A DNA stretch of 64,000 nucleotides. Source: Lama glama (lineage: Eukaryota). Position 1 is the first letter of the stretch; the number at the start of each line of letters is the position of its first letter. The stretch spans positions 79,796,001-79,860,000 of the forward strand of contig CM052816.1 of assembly GCA_028534125.1 (NCBI GenBank), read 5' to 3'. The notes beneath the pieces were generated by a model that saw only the letters and a program-made list of their open reading frames with translations, had not been told where the DNA came from and did not search any database. A program made the translations under genes and the position numbers. This document shows positions 48,144 through 63,221 of this stretch, piece by piece.

Positions 48144-48438
48144 TCTCCCTGTACATTTCTGTCCACGTGAGGCAACAGAATCAAGAATGCATACTTTACA
48201 ATATTTACCTGTTTGAGACATTCAAGTCAATTCAGATGGCAAAAGTAGAATTCAATCACTAATGAAATGTTTAAAAAATATATATTAAACAAAAAAAATG
48301 TTTTACAAGATAAAAAATAATCTTCCACAATGCAGTAAATTGCAGATCACTGAAATTTTAACTCTTTAGATGATTTCAGTTCGGTTTTTGGTTTCAAAAT
48401 TTAGAGACAATCAAAAAGAAAAACCACTGGCAGAATTT

Positions 48439-48603
48439 CTATCTGTTTTTACGTTTGTCTTTCTTGCTTCTGCTACTGGTTACACTGTTTAAAGAAGATG
48501 ATGAAGGTGCTCTTGCATGACCTGTGGCCTTTAGATGGTCAAAAAGCTTATTCCGGGACGGGAATTCACTATGGCAGGTTGTGCAGCTGATAAGAACATC
48601 ACT
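48439..48603 (-). CDS. DNAJC21: DNAJC21 exon 12, last coding exon (second C2H2 finger)
   Basis: tctcag|AGT...TAG, 165 nt; [54 protein letters not shown]. Confidence 0.97.
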   Translation of the reverse strand, partial: SDVLISCTTCHSEFPSRNKLFDHLKATGHARAPSSSSLNSVTSSRSKKDKRKNR

Positions 48604-49112
48604 CTGAGAAGGGAAAAAAAAAATCATAAATAAGAACAAGTATTATTATTTGATAGAGGTGTTCTTATGTTGAGATTAAATATCAAATAATTGCAAAATA
48701 AAGACCTTTCAACAAAATGGACAGCTACCAAGACAGGCTCAACAGAGGCAGCTGTTCTTGGAAGCCTAGTGTCATTAACCAACATCATCACCTTAAAGGT
48801 CCTGAGACATTCAAGAGCTTGTACCACATGGACAAGGCTTTGGATTTCAGAGTAATGGAAAACAGAGTAGTAAATATTCTGGTACAATCGGATATGTCCA
48901 ATATGCTTCTTTTTACTTTAAAGAAAACAAATATCAGTGGCACATATATAAATTCTGTTTTCAAGGAAAACCGCTGATGGATCTGCACCTATGGAGCAGG
49001 TGCAGAAGGGCTCACCAAACACACACATCTTTAGAATTAGAATTAAGAATTCAGATTACAGTGCTTAAACCACAAGGTCCACTGAAGAGCTGTCAATATA
49101 ATTTTGACCTAC

Positions 49113-49188
49113 CACTGTCTGTGGTTCAGCATGTACTTTGACAGATTTTTTCACATCTTTGGCTTTCTTTCCTTTGGGTTTAGGAACA
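49113..49188 (-). CDS. DNAJC21: DNAJC21 exon 11
   Basis: ttccag|T...GTG|gtaggt, 76 nt; VPKPKGKKAKDVKKSVKVHAEPQTV. Confidence 0.95.
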
Positions 49189-51923
49189 CTGGAAAATAAA
49201 TAAAAGAATTCAGCATAATCCAATAATAATGCACCTCTTAACTGTCATCTTGCTCCCAAGAAGACTCAAAAGAGTAACATGCATTTTAAAGGCTAATCCA
49301 TTCATTTTAATGGCCAAGTTAATACATTTTCATATCATAAATGAAGAGCTTTAGAAAGTAACTTTAGAGATCACATTAGATACCAAATTTAACACAAAAA
49401 TTCAGGAATTTATTTAAAACAGTGAAAACACAAGCAAAAATAAGACTCCTAAAATATCTCTGAACTTTAATACAGTGTATTTTCATAAAAAGCAAAGCAC
49501 TTAATGCTCCATTTACTGATGCAAACCATCTTGAGAGCCACCCAGCAACACTCACAAATAATCCACATGAACTGTGGTTCCCCAAAGGCAGTTCGCTGAA
49601 CCTTTTCTGACAAACATTTCAACAGTTCCACAGTGAAAGGAGAAAACTAAAGACACTATAATGTGTTTTTCATAAAATTAAATTTGTCCAATGTAAAGTA
49701 TTTTCCTACATTAGAAGATTATGTCCTTCCTGCTGATCTGGCAGGTTTTTCCCCCATATTCTTTAACCCAGAAACTGTCAGCCAGCACAGGCAGTTGCCT
49801 CCTATTCTGCTTTAACACCAGAACATTCCTCTCCTTAATCTTCTGTATGAATTTTCATTTTCCTTTGTCACTTCATACTTCTCATTTGTGCTAACCAAAT
49901 TTTCAGGGTAAAATCTGAGTGCAACTACATCTGCAGAACAGATGGGATGGGTTACAACCAACAAGTCACAATGTGGCCAAGCGCCTCGTGAGGGTGCTTC
50001 TCTTCAAGCAGGACCCCAGAGTTTGCTTTCAGTTACGCGGCCTCTACATTTAAGGATGCTGACTACAACATTACGCCAGGGTTCAGCCAGCTTTGAAAGA
50101 AACAAGAAAAGGACACAACGGCATAAAAGGCAACAAATTAACATTTACTAACTTATAAAATATCATCACAGTTGTGCCACAAATATATCCAAGAAAATTT
50201 AGGATAATATTCCCAGAGAACAATTTACCATATTATGAAAGACAGCAGCTCTATCTCTGAAGTTATCATCTAAGCCCTTATTTTTAAAAAGAACTCTAGA
50301 GAGGGTGTAACGTACAGCATAGGAATATACCCATAATCCTGCAGTAACTTTGTACAGAGAAAGACAGTTACTAAACTTATTCTGATTGATGAGTAATGTA
50401 AATAAAAGTTGAATTGCTATGTTATACCCTTGAAACTAAAATAGCATCATACATCAACTCTACTTCAATTTAAAAAAAAAAAAACTGTACCCTGCACATA
50501 CACACACTTTTTAAGGAAGAGCCTCTCACTAGGTGGCTGGTGTCCATGCGCTCAGAGAAGGCAGAAAGGCCGGGGCGTCAGGACACCTGGGAGGGGTGTC
50601 GACCCCAGCCTGCCACTCCTCAGCAGCGAAGAGGTCACTTGAGTTCTGGTTCTTTTCCTCACATCAGTAAAATGAGAAAGCTGGACTTTATCAATGGTAG
50701 CCAGTGTTTGACTGTGAGCAGTGAGAACCCTTTTTCTTCCCCAAATACACTCCCACGCCAAGGGAAGATGACTAATGAATGAAAACATTTTTAGCTCTAG
50801 ATGAAGGAGGTGGTCAAGGGCCTGGAGCCCCACTTTTCAGCCCACCCCTCATGTACCCAAGAAGCCCCCAAGAGGCCTGTGCAGGACACTGGGGCTACAT
50901 AGAATGAGCTGAGCTGGGTCCTTCAAGTAGTCAGGCAGATGGGATTAAGTGACAGCTTTGGTTCTGGAGCAAGTCATTTAACCTGAGACTCAGTTTCCTC
51001 ATGTGTAAACTGGGAACACACAGCGAGCAGCAGAGTAGTGTGTAACTTCCCCTTCCAGCCTTCCACTCTCCAGGCTTCAAGGCCTCCACATGGCCAGTTT
51101 GTGGAGGTCCTTGTCCTCACTTTCCTATAGCCGCAGGCCTCCTCCGGGCCTCCATGGCGTCTCTTCCCTCATTTATGCCACCTAAATGCCGCCACCCCTC
51201 ACTGCTGCTCCAGTGCTGGGCATTTTCAACTCAGGCTCGCACCTTACTCTGTCATTTGAACTCTTTTTTCATAGTCCTGTGACAGGAACCCTTAGACCAC
51301 CTACTGTTTAGATCTTTCCTCAAGGAGTAGGAAACCATTCTGCTCTAGAGGAACAGAGGAGGCTGGGGGCAAAGAGCCAGACCAGGAGAGGAAGGCAGGG
51401 GAAAAGAATGCCGCCTCCCCTGAGCGAGACCCTCCCCCGGCCAACGGTGGTGGCACATGCAGCTCCAGGACTCCAGGGCCCCTTCGAGCAGTAGGGCCCC
51501 AAGCTGCACACATGCACCCTGATGACCGCACTGGGGCTGACACAGGAGGACTGGCCCGAGCACGGAGGTTCGGTTAGTGATGCTCAGGCGAGTGGGGCAT
51601 GGCCTCATCAGCAGCCTTGATCTCAGCTGAGGGCAAGGATTACTGATCCAGAGCAAAACAAGAATGTCAGCACGATGAGGGGAACAAGAACGGGTCCGAG
51701 CGACTTCTTTCCACTTTGGGTCGCACTGCTGAAACGTCTGTGAGCACGTCATCCAGCATTCTCCCTCCAACACTGTCCTCTGCAGATGCATGTATGTTAC
51801 GTAAGTCACAGGTGCATCTAACTCATGGTGTCAGTCATGGGAAAGGAGGCTTTATTCACTACACGAAGAGCCATCCTCACCACCAGTATTAAGTAAACAG
51901 GAAACAGCACGCGACTGACTTAC

Positions 51924-52096
51924 CTTTTCGCTTCACTTTTGGTGTCATCACATAGTTTGACAGTCTCTGTGAGAGCCACATTTTCTTGGGGACCATCTCC
52001 CAATTCTTTGGCACTGTCCTGATTTAGTTTGTTATCTTCCAAATCAATCTTTACTCCTTCTCCAGTTCCATTTTCATTAAAATTATCATCATAACT
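51924..52096 (-). CDS. DNAJC21: DNAJC21 exon 10
   Basis: acctag|AGT...AG|gtaagt, 173 nt; [57 protein letters not shown]. Confidence 0.95.
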
Positions 52097-52702
52097 CTAG
52101 GTAAGAAAACATACATGCCATTACAAAATAAATATCCTAGTAATACTGGCTTCTTATGTTCTGTTGCCAAATAGCTGTAATAAACAATGGTGATGTCCTG
52201 CACACTCTGGTAGGAGGGTATCCTCAGGAAACAAAAAGGACAGGCAGGGAATAATTTAAGAACATGAATATCCACTGCAGAAATATTAAATTGGGGGAAC
52301 ACTGGAAACAATCCCAATATTCAGTAAATGAATGGTTGGATATATGAAGAGAAATTATAAAACTCCCTAAAAATCATGTTTCCAAAGATATTGATTGAAA
52401 TATGTGGAAAAATACAACATATCAGCAAAAATGGAGGAGAGAAAATGATATATAACATCTGATTACAATTTAATTCAACATTAAGTAATATCCAGAAGTG
52501 AAATTAGGGATGGTATTTATTATATTCTTCCATATTTTCCAGAGGATCTGCAATGAGCAACTATTTCGTAGTCAGGAAAAACAACACAACAACAGACATA
52601 AAAGAAACAACAACAGGCATTATGAAAGAAAAAACACCTGGCAAACACATCTTCACTACGTGCAACTGGTTTGTTTCCGTTTGGGGTAACATTTTGCCAC
52701 AC

Positions 52703-52795
52703 CTGCTTCTCCCTCTCTTCTTCCTTCCTGCCCTCTCTCTGCACAACACTCCCCACCACGAGCTGACAGTAAGCGGCAGGCAGATATTGCATCTC
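52703..52795 (-). other. DNAJC21: Candidate in-frame cassette exon in DNAJC21 intron 9
   Basis: ttctgttctcag|GAG...CAG|gtgtgg, 93 nt, phase 0-0; EMQYLPAAYCQLVVGSVVQREGRKEEEREKQ; YLPAA resembles my recollection of the human long-isoform insert. Confidence 0.45.
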
Positions 52796-52899
52796 CTGAG
52801 AACAGAAACATTCTCCCACAGATCCGCAATACCCTCTTCGTGCTCAAGAATTTAACACTGACATTATTGTTACACAATCCATATTCATGTTCCAATAAT

Positions 52900-54240
52900 G
52901 TCCTTTTTTGTAACCCCGACAGTGGATATAACCAAGCATCACACGTTGCATTTAGCTGTCGTATCTCATCTCCTTTATTTCAGAACAGTACTCCTCCATT
53001 TTTTTGTCTTTCATGATACTGACAATTTGATGGTGGTTTTGTAGAATGTCCCAGAGTTTGGCTTTGTCTGACTGTTTCCTTGCAATTAGATGCAGATTAA
53101 ACATTTCTAAGCAGGAATACTGTAAAGATAATGCTGTGTCCTTCTCAGTGCGTTTTATCAGGAAACAAAATGTCAGGGCCCACTTTTCAGTGATTAAAGT
53201 CTCATCATTTGGTTAGGATGGTACTGCCAAATTTTTCTACTATAAAGTAACTTTCTCCTTTTTTAACTAATAAGTAATGTACAGAGTGATACTCTGAAAT
53301 TGTGTCAATATCCAGTTCCCTAATAACTGTTTACCCAATGGACCTGGCATCTACTGATGATCCTCACGGGAACTAGTTATTACATTGGTGGATGCAGAAC
53401 AGTGATTTTTCTGCTTCTGTCAGTCCAGTCACTTGCTTTTGTAGTAATCCACATTTTTGTAATGAAGCTTTTCTGTCTGCCTCCTTTCTCCAACTCTCTC
53501 TTTTTTTAGGCTCAATATAGATACTTTTTTTTTTAATAAAGTCAATGCGTAAAACTCTATCATCACTATTCTTCCTGATGATTCAAACTTTCCCATATTT
53601 GACAAGCCCCTAGGCTGACTCCTGGGTACTTCTGACTTAACCCCATCAATTTTTGAATTACTCCCTTAATTTCTGGCATAGATAATCCGGGCTCATCTTG
53701 TACCTTTCCTGCCTCAGCCCTAGAATCAGCCATTTCTCCAAGGACCAAACCCTGCCTCCTTTTCCCAGGGAAGGAGATTTAGAAACAAAGATGCTCATTT
53801 GCTTCCAGGCCTTCAGTGTACTTTGCTCATGCATATATTATTTATTTTTTTATATTATGAGCTCAGACTGATACCTCCAATTCCACCCAACATCAGTGTT
53901 TTCCCTCTTTCCCTCAATCTAGTCTGTATTTCCTTTCTCCCACCAGAGAATCTGGTTCCCCAAAACGCTAATAGATCTATTCATTTGCTCTAGCTTACAA
54001 TACATATAGAACAGTTTCAGAAATACTACTCCAATATCACCAAAATATCTACTAAGTTCAAGATTTTTTCTTTTGCAGTTAATTTTGTCTTTAGAGTATG
54101 TCGCATGGATGTTGTTCAGAATACTACGTTCAAAAGTTTCTGGGATTAATTCTTCCTTGCTGTCAGCCAGTGTGTTTTGTTTGTTTACCCTCAATTTTAG
54201 TTTTTTGGGTTTCCTTTCACGATCTTTGTTGGTTTAATGT
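52900..54240 (-). mobile_element. Old L1MC-like 3' region
   Basis: atcacacgttgcatttagctgtc...gtagaatgtccc...gtgtccttctcagtgc pattern; related plus-strand copy near 57.1-58.1 kb; L1ME-like pieces near 20.5-21.3 and 42.0-42.5 kb. Confidence 0.65.
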
Positions 54241-55686
54241 AATTTTTTTTTGACAATACAAACAACTCCCAGCCTGAAGTTTCACGGCTCTCGGTATCTG
54301 CTGCTTCCTGCTCTTTAATCTACTCGTACATGTCTTCACACTACCGTCCCCTTCAAAGACAGCCTAGAAAATGTCAGGAAAAGTGCTATGTAACCCTAGG
54401 TCTGAAGTGGGGCTTTCCTCCTGATATAATCAGAAACCATAAAGAAGAGGCATCATCAAGGAACACATATGGTTCTGGAGGGGAAGAATGGGCTGGTAAA
54501 CTGCAGCATTTTCACTGGTAAGAAAGACAAACACATGTGTTTGCTGTTGCCATCTTGGGGCCTATCCTGCATGACTGAGATGAGATGGGCTGGGTTAGGT
54601 ATAGAACCCTCTCCGTTCTATTTTGTCTTCATCCTGGTGGTTCCGGCGCACACAGAAAAGAGAATGTGTTCTAAACTAATGACTGGAGAGTCTCTGGGTG
54701 GAAGGTGCTATGAGTCATTTTATAAAAGGAACATACAATTTGCTATGTGGTCTTACAGTTGAGGCAGAAAGTTCCAGTCACAGTTTTAATAGTGTCATGT
54801 GTCATGGATCATTTTTGGAATTGAAACAGATAAAAATTATCTAGTATATTATAACCATTTGCATAAATAAGTCAAACCTAAAGTTTTATGAAAAATTATT
54901 AGTGTTACCTAAGTTTTCTTAAAAACATTTCAATTAAAAACCAGTACACTTAGCATTTAATACTTAATCTAATAAACTGAGATTAAATTATTAAAATAGG
55001 GCAGAAATCAATTCCATTCCCTGTAGAACCACCAAATATCCTTAGTAAAATGGACAAGCTCATTTTGTCTTATAGGTTAAAAAAATCCTAAAGATTGTGT
55101 TACACATGTAGCAACATAAAACTTTACATTTAAAAATAATTCTTAAGATAGAAATTAAATTTGAACCCCCATGTGAAATATTTAAACTACTTAAATTTCT
55201 GAGTAATATAAACGTATTTTTCAAGAATCACAATCATTACAAGCTTCTAAACAAATGTTCCTTTTCCAAAATTTCATTTATGTGACTGGCAGAATAAACT
55301 TGGATACACAACGAGCAATCCCCAAAGTTTTATATCTGATTTTAATTGTTGTCTTGATTTCATCAAGAAATCTTGACAATCTTGTCATCACATGCATCCA
55401 GATTCTTTTTTTTAAATATGGGCCCTCAGCTAGTTTGTATTATGGGAATTCCACATACAAAATTTTTAAACACACAGACAATAGTAATTAGGTAAATCAG
55501 CCACATACAAATAACAGGGTAAAGCACTGAAAGACCAGAATATTTTCAACTCACTGTAATCTGTTTTACAATCAACATGAAATTAGGGAGCAAAAGTCCC
55601 TCTCCTTAATACAGATTATACTGAATAAACAGGAGCATCCAACTTTATACTTGATACTGAATGTTAATAAAACTTTCCCAACGTAC

Positions 55687-55729
55687 CTGTGCTGGTTTCT
55701 GTTTCTTCTTCTTCTGTTTTTTAGAAAGC
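55687..55729 (-). CDS. DNAJC21: DNAJC21 exon 9
   Basis: tcttag|G...CAG|gtacgt, 43 nt; LSKKQKKKKQKPAQ. Confidence 0.95.
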
Positions 55730-56138
55730 CTAAGAACAAATATAAATCAAAATGTCAAACACCTAAGTAAAAAGAAAAAAATACTGAAATATTAGTGATA
55801 AAAGAGAAGTAAAATATTAAAAAATAGTAATTCCATAAAGCATTAAAAGAAAAGGAAAGTATCCACATTATCACTTTAGAAAAATATAACTGGCTCAGTT
55901 AGTAGTAATTAACATGTCTGTTACCCAGGTGAAAAACGGCTTTTAATACAGGCATAATATATTCTGTAAAAACCGTATTTGACATTATCTCTTTACTCCC
56001 TTCAATACTATAAAGTTCCCTTAATTAGAAGAAATGCAGACAATATTAACATAACAGAAGAGCTTCTCTGAGATAACAGAGCATTTAAATGAAATCTCTG
56101 AATGTGCTAAACAGGTCTAGAGACATTTTTGGAAGTAC

Positions 56139-56297
56139 TTTTGTTTTAGTGCATCCTCCATTTCTTCCTCCGAATTGGCATTCAGACTATTTTCATCGGT
56201 TTGAGGTCCTGAAAAATTTGCTTCCTCCTCCTCCAACTGTTGTTTTAACAGGGCAACCATCTCCCGGTGCTTCTTCGATTTCTCGTGATTCCTCAAG
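56139..56297 (-). CDS. DNAJC21: DNAJC21 exon 8 (first C2H2 finger, His half)
   Basis: tttcag|C...AA|gtactt, 159 nt; [52 protein letters not shown]. Confidence 0.96.
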
Positions 56298-58743
56298 CTG
56301 AAAGGACAAGCTGGTGTGAGCAGCTGCAATGGGATTAATTCACGTGTCCAACTATGTTGCTGGGTGAGTGCAGCTAAGCTAAAATGAACTTTTTCCCATT
56401 AACTAAGCAAAACGTTAGTGACACTACGGGGCGGCCCAGAACCCTGTTGGGATTTCTGCAGCATCACGTGCAGCGGAAGCCCATGACTGTGCTCCTTCCT
56501 GTACCCCAGCACTCTCCACTTCTTCTGTCCTTTCATCTCCGTATTTTCTTCCTTTTTTTTGGTCAAATTCTCTATTATCTTTCTTTTCCAATTCTTAGAA
56601 TTCAAGTCTTCCCCACTGTTTCCTCTTAATTCACTGAGTATTTGCTCCCTGGGAAATCACAAGACAAGATCCTAGCATTAAAAGGAAGAAGACCCCTTGG
56701 ATCTGAGAACTGGTGAGCTGGGGCCTTGAAGCACAAGGGGAGTTTACTTCCTTTTGCTTTTTTCAAGAGGGGTCTCCCTTCTCACTCCCGCCACCCTAAA
56801 TGTGAATTCAGACACATCTCTACCCTCTGTCTAAAACTCCATCAGCAGTGTCCCCATGGGCAACTAATTAACACCTCACAGAACAGAGCTGACAACAGTT
56901 CAGCTTTGAGGGTTAGATACACGAGAAAGCAGGAAACGTGTGTCTCTGTCCCCTTTGTCTCATCCTGCTCAGGTCTGGGTTTTCTAGTTGGGATTACTAC
57001 TCCTCCTTCTACTAAAATTCTCCCTAAGGCCAAGGCTCCTTGGAGAAATTGGAACATCTTATGGCAGAAAGTAAGTAATTATAACAAAAGGACACAGGAG
57101 CCAGGATCAAGGAATTCTCATTCTCACTAACCATGTCTGGAAAACTCTGAGCACGAGAAGGGCAACAATGAATTATAAAACACAGAAAAGAGATTCATAA
57201 ATTCGCACTGACAACAGGTAGATAAACGCTCCTGTGAACAGCAGAGGCCAACTGATGACCAGTGAGTGATGTCGGAGCTCTGGCACCAGAAAAGCCACAT
57301 TTTCAGACAATTTCAGTGAAGACTGGTACAAGCTGAAATCATCTATGGATACTAAATCTAGGAAGGAAATTTTGATGAAGACCAAGATATCTGCATGGCT
57401 TTAAAGCGTCTCCCCACACATTAAACATGTTGCAAGGAAAAAAATACTAACTGTACAGTGGAAAAATTAAGATAACACCTTGACTTGGATGATCAAAACG
57501 ATCACCACCAGTGAGGGGCAGACAGACGTCTGTGCCTCCAGATATGAAATCTCAAGAGCAACACGTGTTTATACAGTATTCCAGCAAGGAACACACAACC
57601 TGAATCTAACCACGAGGAAACGGACAAACCCAAAATGAGACATATTCTATTAAAAAAAATTTTAAAGGTCAGTATTCTTCCAAAATGTCAGCGGCAAAGA
57701 CAAGGGAACTGGTCCAGATTAAATGAGATTAAATAAATAAACACAGTACATGATTCCAGACTAGATCCTGTATTGAAGTGGTGGAAAATGCCACGTAGGA
57801 CATTAACAAGGGACTGACTGACAAAAGTGAATGAAGGGCAGTAACTGGAATAAAAGCACCGTATCAATGCTACACATTTCCGCAAGTGACAGCTGCACTG
57901 TGATTATGTAAGAGAAAGTCCTGATTCTTAAGGAATGCACACTGCAGTGTTTAGAGGTAAAGGAGCATTATGTATGTAACTTACTCTTAGACTGTTCCAG
58001 AAGAATCTTATCTGTGCATGAGAATGAGTGTACACAAATGGGGCAAAATGAGAGCAACAAGTGGACCTCTATATTCTATTCATGCAGCCTGTCTGTAAGT
58101 TTGACATTATTTCCAAATAAAAAATAATTTTAAAAAGCTCCTCCACTGTTGCTCCATCTCCTTGCCTGTTTCTCACCTGCCTGCCTCGCACCACCTCTCC
58201 CGCTGCCCCGCCGCCTTCCCCGGATTACACAGTAACACCACTTAGGACTCCACAGCCCATTTCACCCTTTCATCTCCTGTTCTTTACTGCACGTGTCCTG
58301 CTCCCTCTTCCCTTGCTAACTCTACTCTCATTCTCTCTTGTATCCCGCCCCCCTCACCACCACTTTATGACAGTATCCTTTTTAATGCTTCCCCTGTGGT
58401 CACTGCAGGCAGGGCAGGTGTGACGTTCTCGGGTGGGCGGCAGCAGCCTGCACGGGAGCGCGACAGCTGGCAGTGAGCTTGCCCCCAGCAGCGGAGAGAG
58501 ATGACCAGCTAGCACTGGTTTAGCCTCCCTGCCGGTGTGACTCTGCCTTCCTCACCAAAACAAGTAACAGTTCTTTCTGGAGACAGCGTGCACGTTTAAA
58601 AAGCAGCTATTACACAGGAACATTGCATGAATGAAGATCAGCACGACAGGTTTTGCTGCTGGTACAGATCCTTCTCTCTCCCCTGCTGGGAAGCTATTCC
58701 CCCAAGATGACATGTGAGGGCTAGGGACCAACTGCTACAAGCC

Positions 58744-58810
58744 TTTCTTTCTTTCTTTCTTCTTTCCTTCCTTCCTTCCTTCCTCCTTCCTTCCTTCCTT
58801 CATTTCTTTC
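58744..58810. repeat. (TTTC)n/(TTCC)n microsatellite
   Basis: Direct reading; other simple repeats are (AAATT)n near 3543-3564, (TCAGGT)n near 5291-5314 and G12 at 33561-33572. Confidence 0.9.
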
Positions 58811-58873
58811 AGAACTTTAGAAGTGTTACACTTTGCCTCAAAAGAAGAGGTGAGTTCAGAGATATTAAACTTA

Positions 58874-59011
<138 letters not shown>

Positions 59012-60939
59012 CTAAACATGGTAACCAGTTACATCTCCCTAGTAAGGATCAAAAATTGCACATAAATTAGAAACTAAAATTTTTGTTATTTCCTCACCCA
59101 AAAAACCCCAATGTTATCAGGATTTGAGTTGGCCTTTAAAAGCAGCACTGACTTACAATGGAAGGCATCTAAACAGATCACTTTACTTTTCACGTATTTT
59201 CACAAGTCTGCTTAGAAAAAGACTCAAAACATTCTCAGAGTCCGGGGTGTGAGCCCAGTTCAAAAACTCAAACGTCACGTTCACAGTTCCACTACAAAGT
59301 AGTTTTTCCCAACAAAGGTTTTTTAGTTTACTCGAACAAGATTTGGTGTAAACACATTTATAATTTGTTCTACTTTTAAATGCTTAAATAAACTTAGCTT
59401 ATAACATTCCATCATTAGAAAGGTCATAAAATAGCATATTACATGTAAAGTTTAAAATTGCCTTTACAGACTTTTTATAAGCCTGAAGCTTTATTACAAT
59501 GAAATAATTATCAACATAGACTATAAAATCTTAACAACTAAAAAGCTCAACTGAAAGTCCTTGCATAATCCCACATTCTACCTCTACACGAAATGAACAA
59601 ACTGATTGCCACTGGGAATTTATTATGGATCAATAAAGATCCCAAGGCATTTCTTCTATATTCTACATTTTTTTCTAATAATAAGTAATGGTAATACAAT
59701 TCTGAGGAACATTCTCATCTGAAATCATAAATGATCAAAATACATCCAATTTAGTATAAGACATTATTTTCCAATTATTTGTATACTTTCAAATAGTTTG
59801 ATTAAACAGTTAATACAGAATGCTGGATTTGAAGTCAAAACCTGGATCTAAAACGCTCTCACACATTCTCAGACATCTCCCATAACTTCTCAGAGTCTTA
59901 GTTTCTTCATCAGTAAGATGGGGATGACTATATGAGCAAAAACCCACATTTAAGAAGCATTGTGTAAGGATTGTACAAGATCTTGTACGTAAAAGCACCT
60001 TATAAATTGTAAAACTACATAATTATGCCACCTCATGTTTATACAGCACTTTATAATTTTCAAAGCACCTTCACACATACTACTTCTAATTCATTAATAC
60101 AACATTTCATTTCCTAATCATCTGGAAAAAATAAAAGTTTGTTATTCTATCATTTGGGCTATTCGTCTGAAAAACCACATTTGTTGATAAGGTAAAATTG
60201 ATTAAATTATGTTTAGATCATTTAATTCTATTTCTCATGGAACAGCAAGAGACAGCGGGGGAAACTGGTGTATTGCTCTCCTCAATAATGCCCAGTCCTC
60301 GCCTGTTCAGGTAGTCACATGCCTGTGCTCTAGTGATAGAGGCAGAGGAAAGACACAGCCCGGTACACCAAGAGGAGCCCCTCTACAAGTCAGAAATGAG
60401 AGGAAGAATTTATATATACCACATAGACTCCTGCACAGTATCAGCTTTTCTGGAAAGAGTTGCTATTAAAACTTGACCTACTGCAGAACTGTATTTTTAA
60501 ATAATAACCGGTTACACCTGACAACATGCCCACTTCTCAATATATTCATGCAGCCAGAAGCACAAATGGTTTAAAACATGGCCTGAAAAGAATCTGTTAA
60601 TGAAATTACTGCAATCTTACTACTTCTACAGACTACTTTTGTTTGGCCATGCAAAATTGTTTTTCATTTCAATTATCTGCTATATTTAAAAGTTGGGAGA
60701 CTGCATATAAAAATCCAGATTTCCAGCTTCACTTAAAAAACAAGCAAACGAACAAAACAAACGTGAGACTGGCAACAATCGGCTGGAACCTAGGTGATCT
60801 CCAGGTTTTCACCCTCTCCCATTCCTTGTTGTCTCTCACCTGAGCCCTTTAAAGTTTCCTGTAAGCACCGTGAGTGAACAACTCTTGCTCACAAAACACA
60901 TTTATTTTCTACAGTTTCTTAAGGAATGGAAGAAATTAC

Positions 60940-61091
60940 CATCCAGTCCATCTTTGAGCTCATGTTCTTCCATTTCGTCTTCACCTGATCCATCTCCAAA
61001 CTCCTTTTCATACTGCGCCTCCATCTCCTTGAGCTCCTTCTCCAGATCGGCCACGGTCATCCAGCTCTGCTCTTTGTACTGCTCGGCCAGT
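60940..61091 (-). CDS. DNAJC21: DNAJC21 exon 6
   Basis: gtctag|A...G|gtaatt, 152 nt; [50 protein letters not shown]. Confidence 0.96.
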
Positions 61092-61931
61092 CTAGACACA
61101 CACAGCACAGTCTCTGTATTTGTTTTATTTACTTTTGGGACTTAAAAATCCATCCCCTAGAGAGCTTCTTCCTCACACATTGTCAGTGCTTACAAACTTA
61201 AAACCTGTGCTTGGTTGAAATGGGCAAAGTCACTTAAATCTGTTATTTGTTCTGTGGCTGATTTTAATTGCTCCACTAGATAATGAGTTTCCAAACATAT
61301 AACTCTCAGTAACTTATTAAAAAGTCTTCAGGTGGTTTAAAATCATATGTATCAAGTAAAGTGCTAATATTCCAAAGATGAGGTGGGCAGAATTCTCAAG
61401 AAGTGAACAGTTTTTTTTAAAGAATGCTGTAATGCTCTGGACACAATGCTTTTACAGTGACTCACAACAACAATACTTTAAAGGCACTAAGATGAACTAA
61501 ATATCTAAGAGTACACTGACAAAGTGGAGTACTACAGGGTGCTGGACTGACTTCTTGGGTCCAGTTTCCACTTCTGCAGTTTACTAGCTATGTGACCCCG
61601 GGCCTGTCTGCCTCATTTCCTCAAAAGAAAGAGGATAAAAACCAGAACTTGCTTCACAGATTACTGTGAGAAAGGCACTCAGAACAGGGCCTTGTACAGA
61701 GTAAGAGTTCAATTAACATTAGTTATTATTAAATGTTAGAAGAGTCTGTAAAGAATCTCAAGTATAAAAAGCCTCTGAAAGAAAACACCCAAGTCAAAAG
61801 AAAAATCTTTTCATAGTAGATGAAGGTCTCATCCAATGCCAGGATGTAAAACAGAAGGATGGAGCCAGGATGAGACCTGAAGCCCCCACGCCAGGTACTC
61901 ACTGATGCTCCCTGGGACGCACACCCCGTCA

Positions 61932-62264
<333 letters not shown>

Positions 62265-62622
62265 CTAGTGACAGAGAAAATGGGCATACTGCTGGGGTTT
62301 TTATTTAGTTTTTTTGGTAAGGCAGAGATACTGGTGCTGCAAACTATCTAACCTCCTTTTTTCAAATATATATTGAACATTACCATTTATCAACAAAGAA
62401 GACAGCCCTCTGAAGGCTTTCCAAAATAAATCGCTCTTCAGAATAAATCTGATGAAGAAATTAGTGGAATGGAACCATGATCAATAAATAAGGAAAAGCA
62501 AATAGGGGAGGCGACCAGGAAGGAAGAAAGAGGAGGAGAGTCCCAGGATAGGACCAAGATCTAGAATCCATTTTTTTAAATAAAGAAAAGGGGGGAAACG
62601 ACACAGTGATGAATGCTAATCA

Positions 62623-62772
<150 letters not shown>

Positions 62773-63044
62773 CTAAAAAAAAGTAACAGAAACACGAAGT
62801 CTTAATACTTCTGTAGTCTAATCACAGAAGAAGAGTTTAAAATGTAACATGGAAACCTCTGATGTTGAAGAATTGCAGCCCCAAGCTCTGTCCCTGCAAG
62901 AACGTTTAATTTCAACTCGTGGTTTTCACACGCTGACAGTTTAAACACAAAGGCGATGGGTTTTCAGTTTTCAAAATGAACACTGTTTCACTTTCTATTA
63001 CAGAATAATTTTAAGAATCTCTTTGTATTTGAGAGTCTTACTTA

Positions 63045-63221
<177 letters not shown>

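Noticed and set aside
51345..51809. 154-aa ORF in a GC-rich part of DNAJC21 intron 10
   Set aside because: No convincing splice sites or homology; long ORFs are expected by chance in GC-rich DNA.
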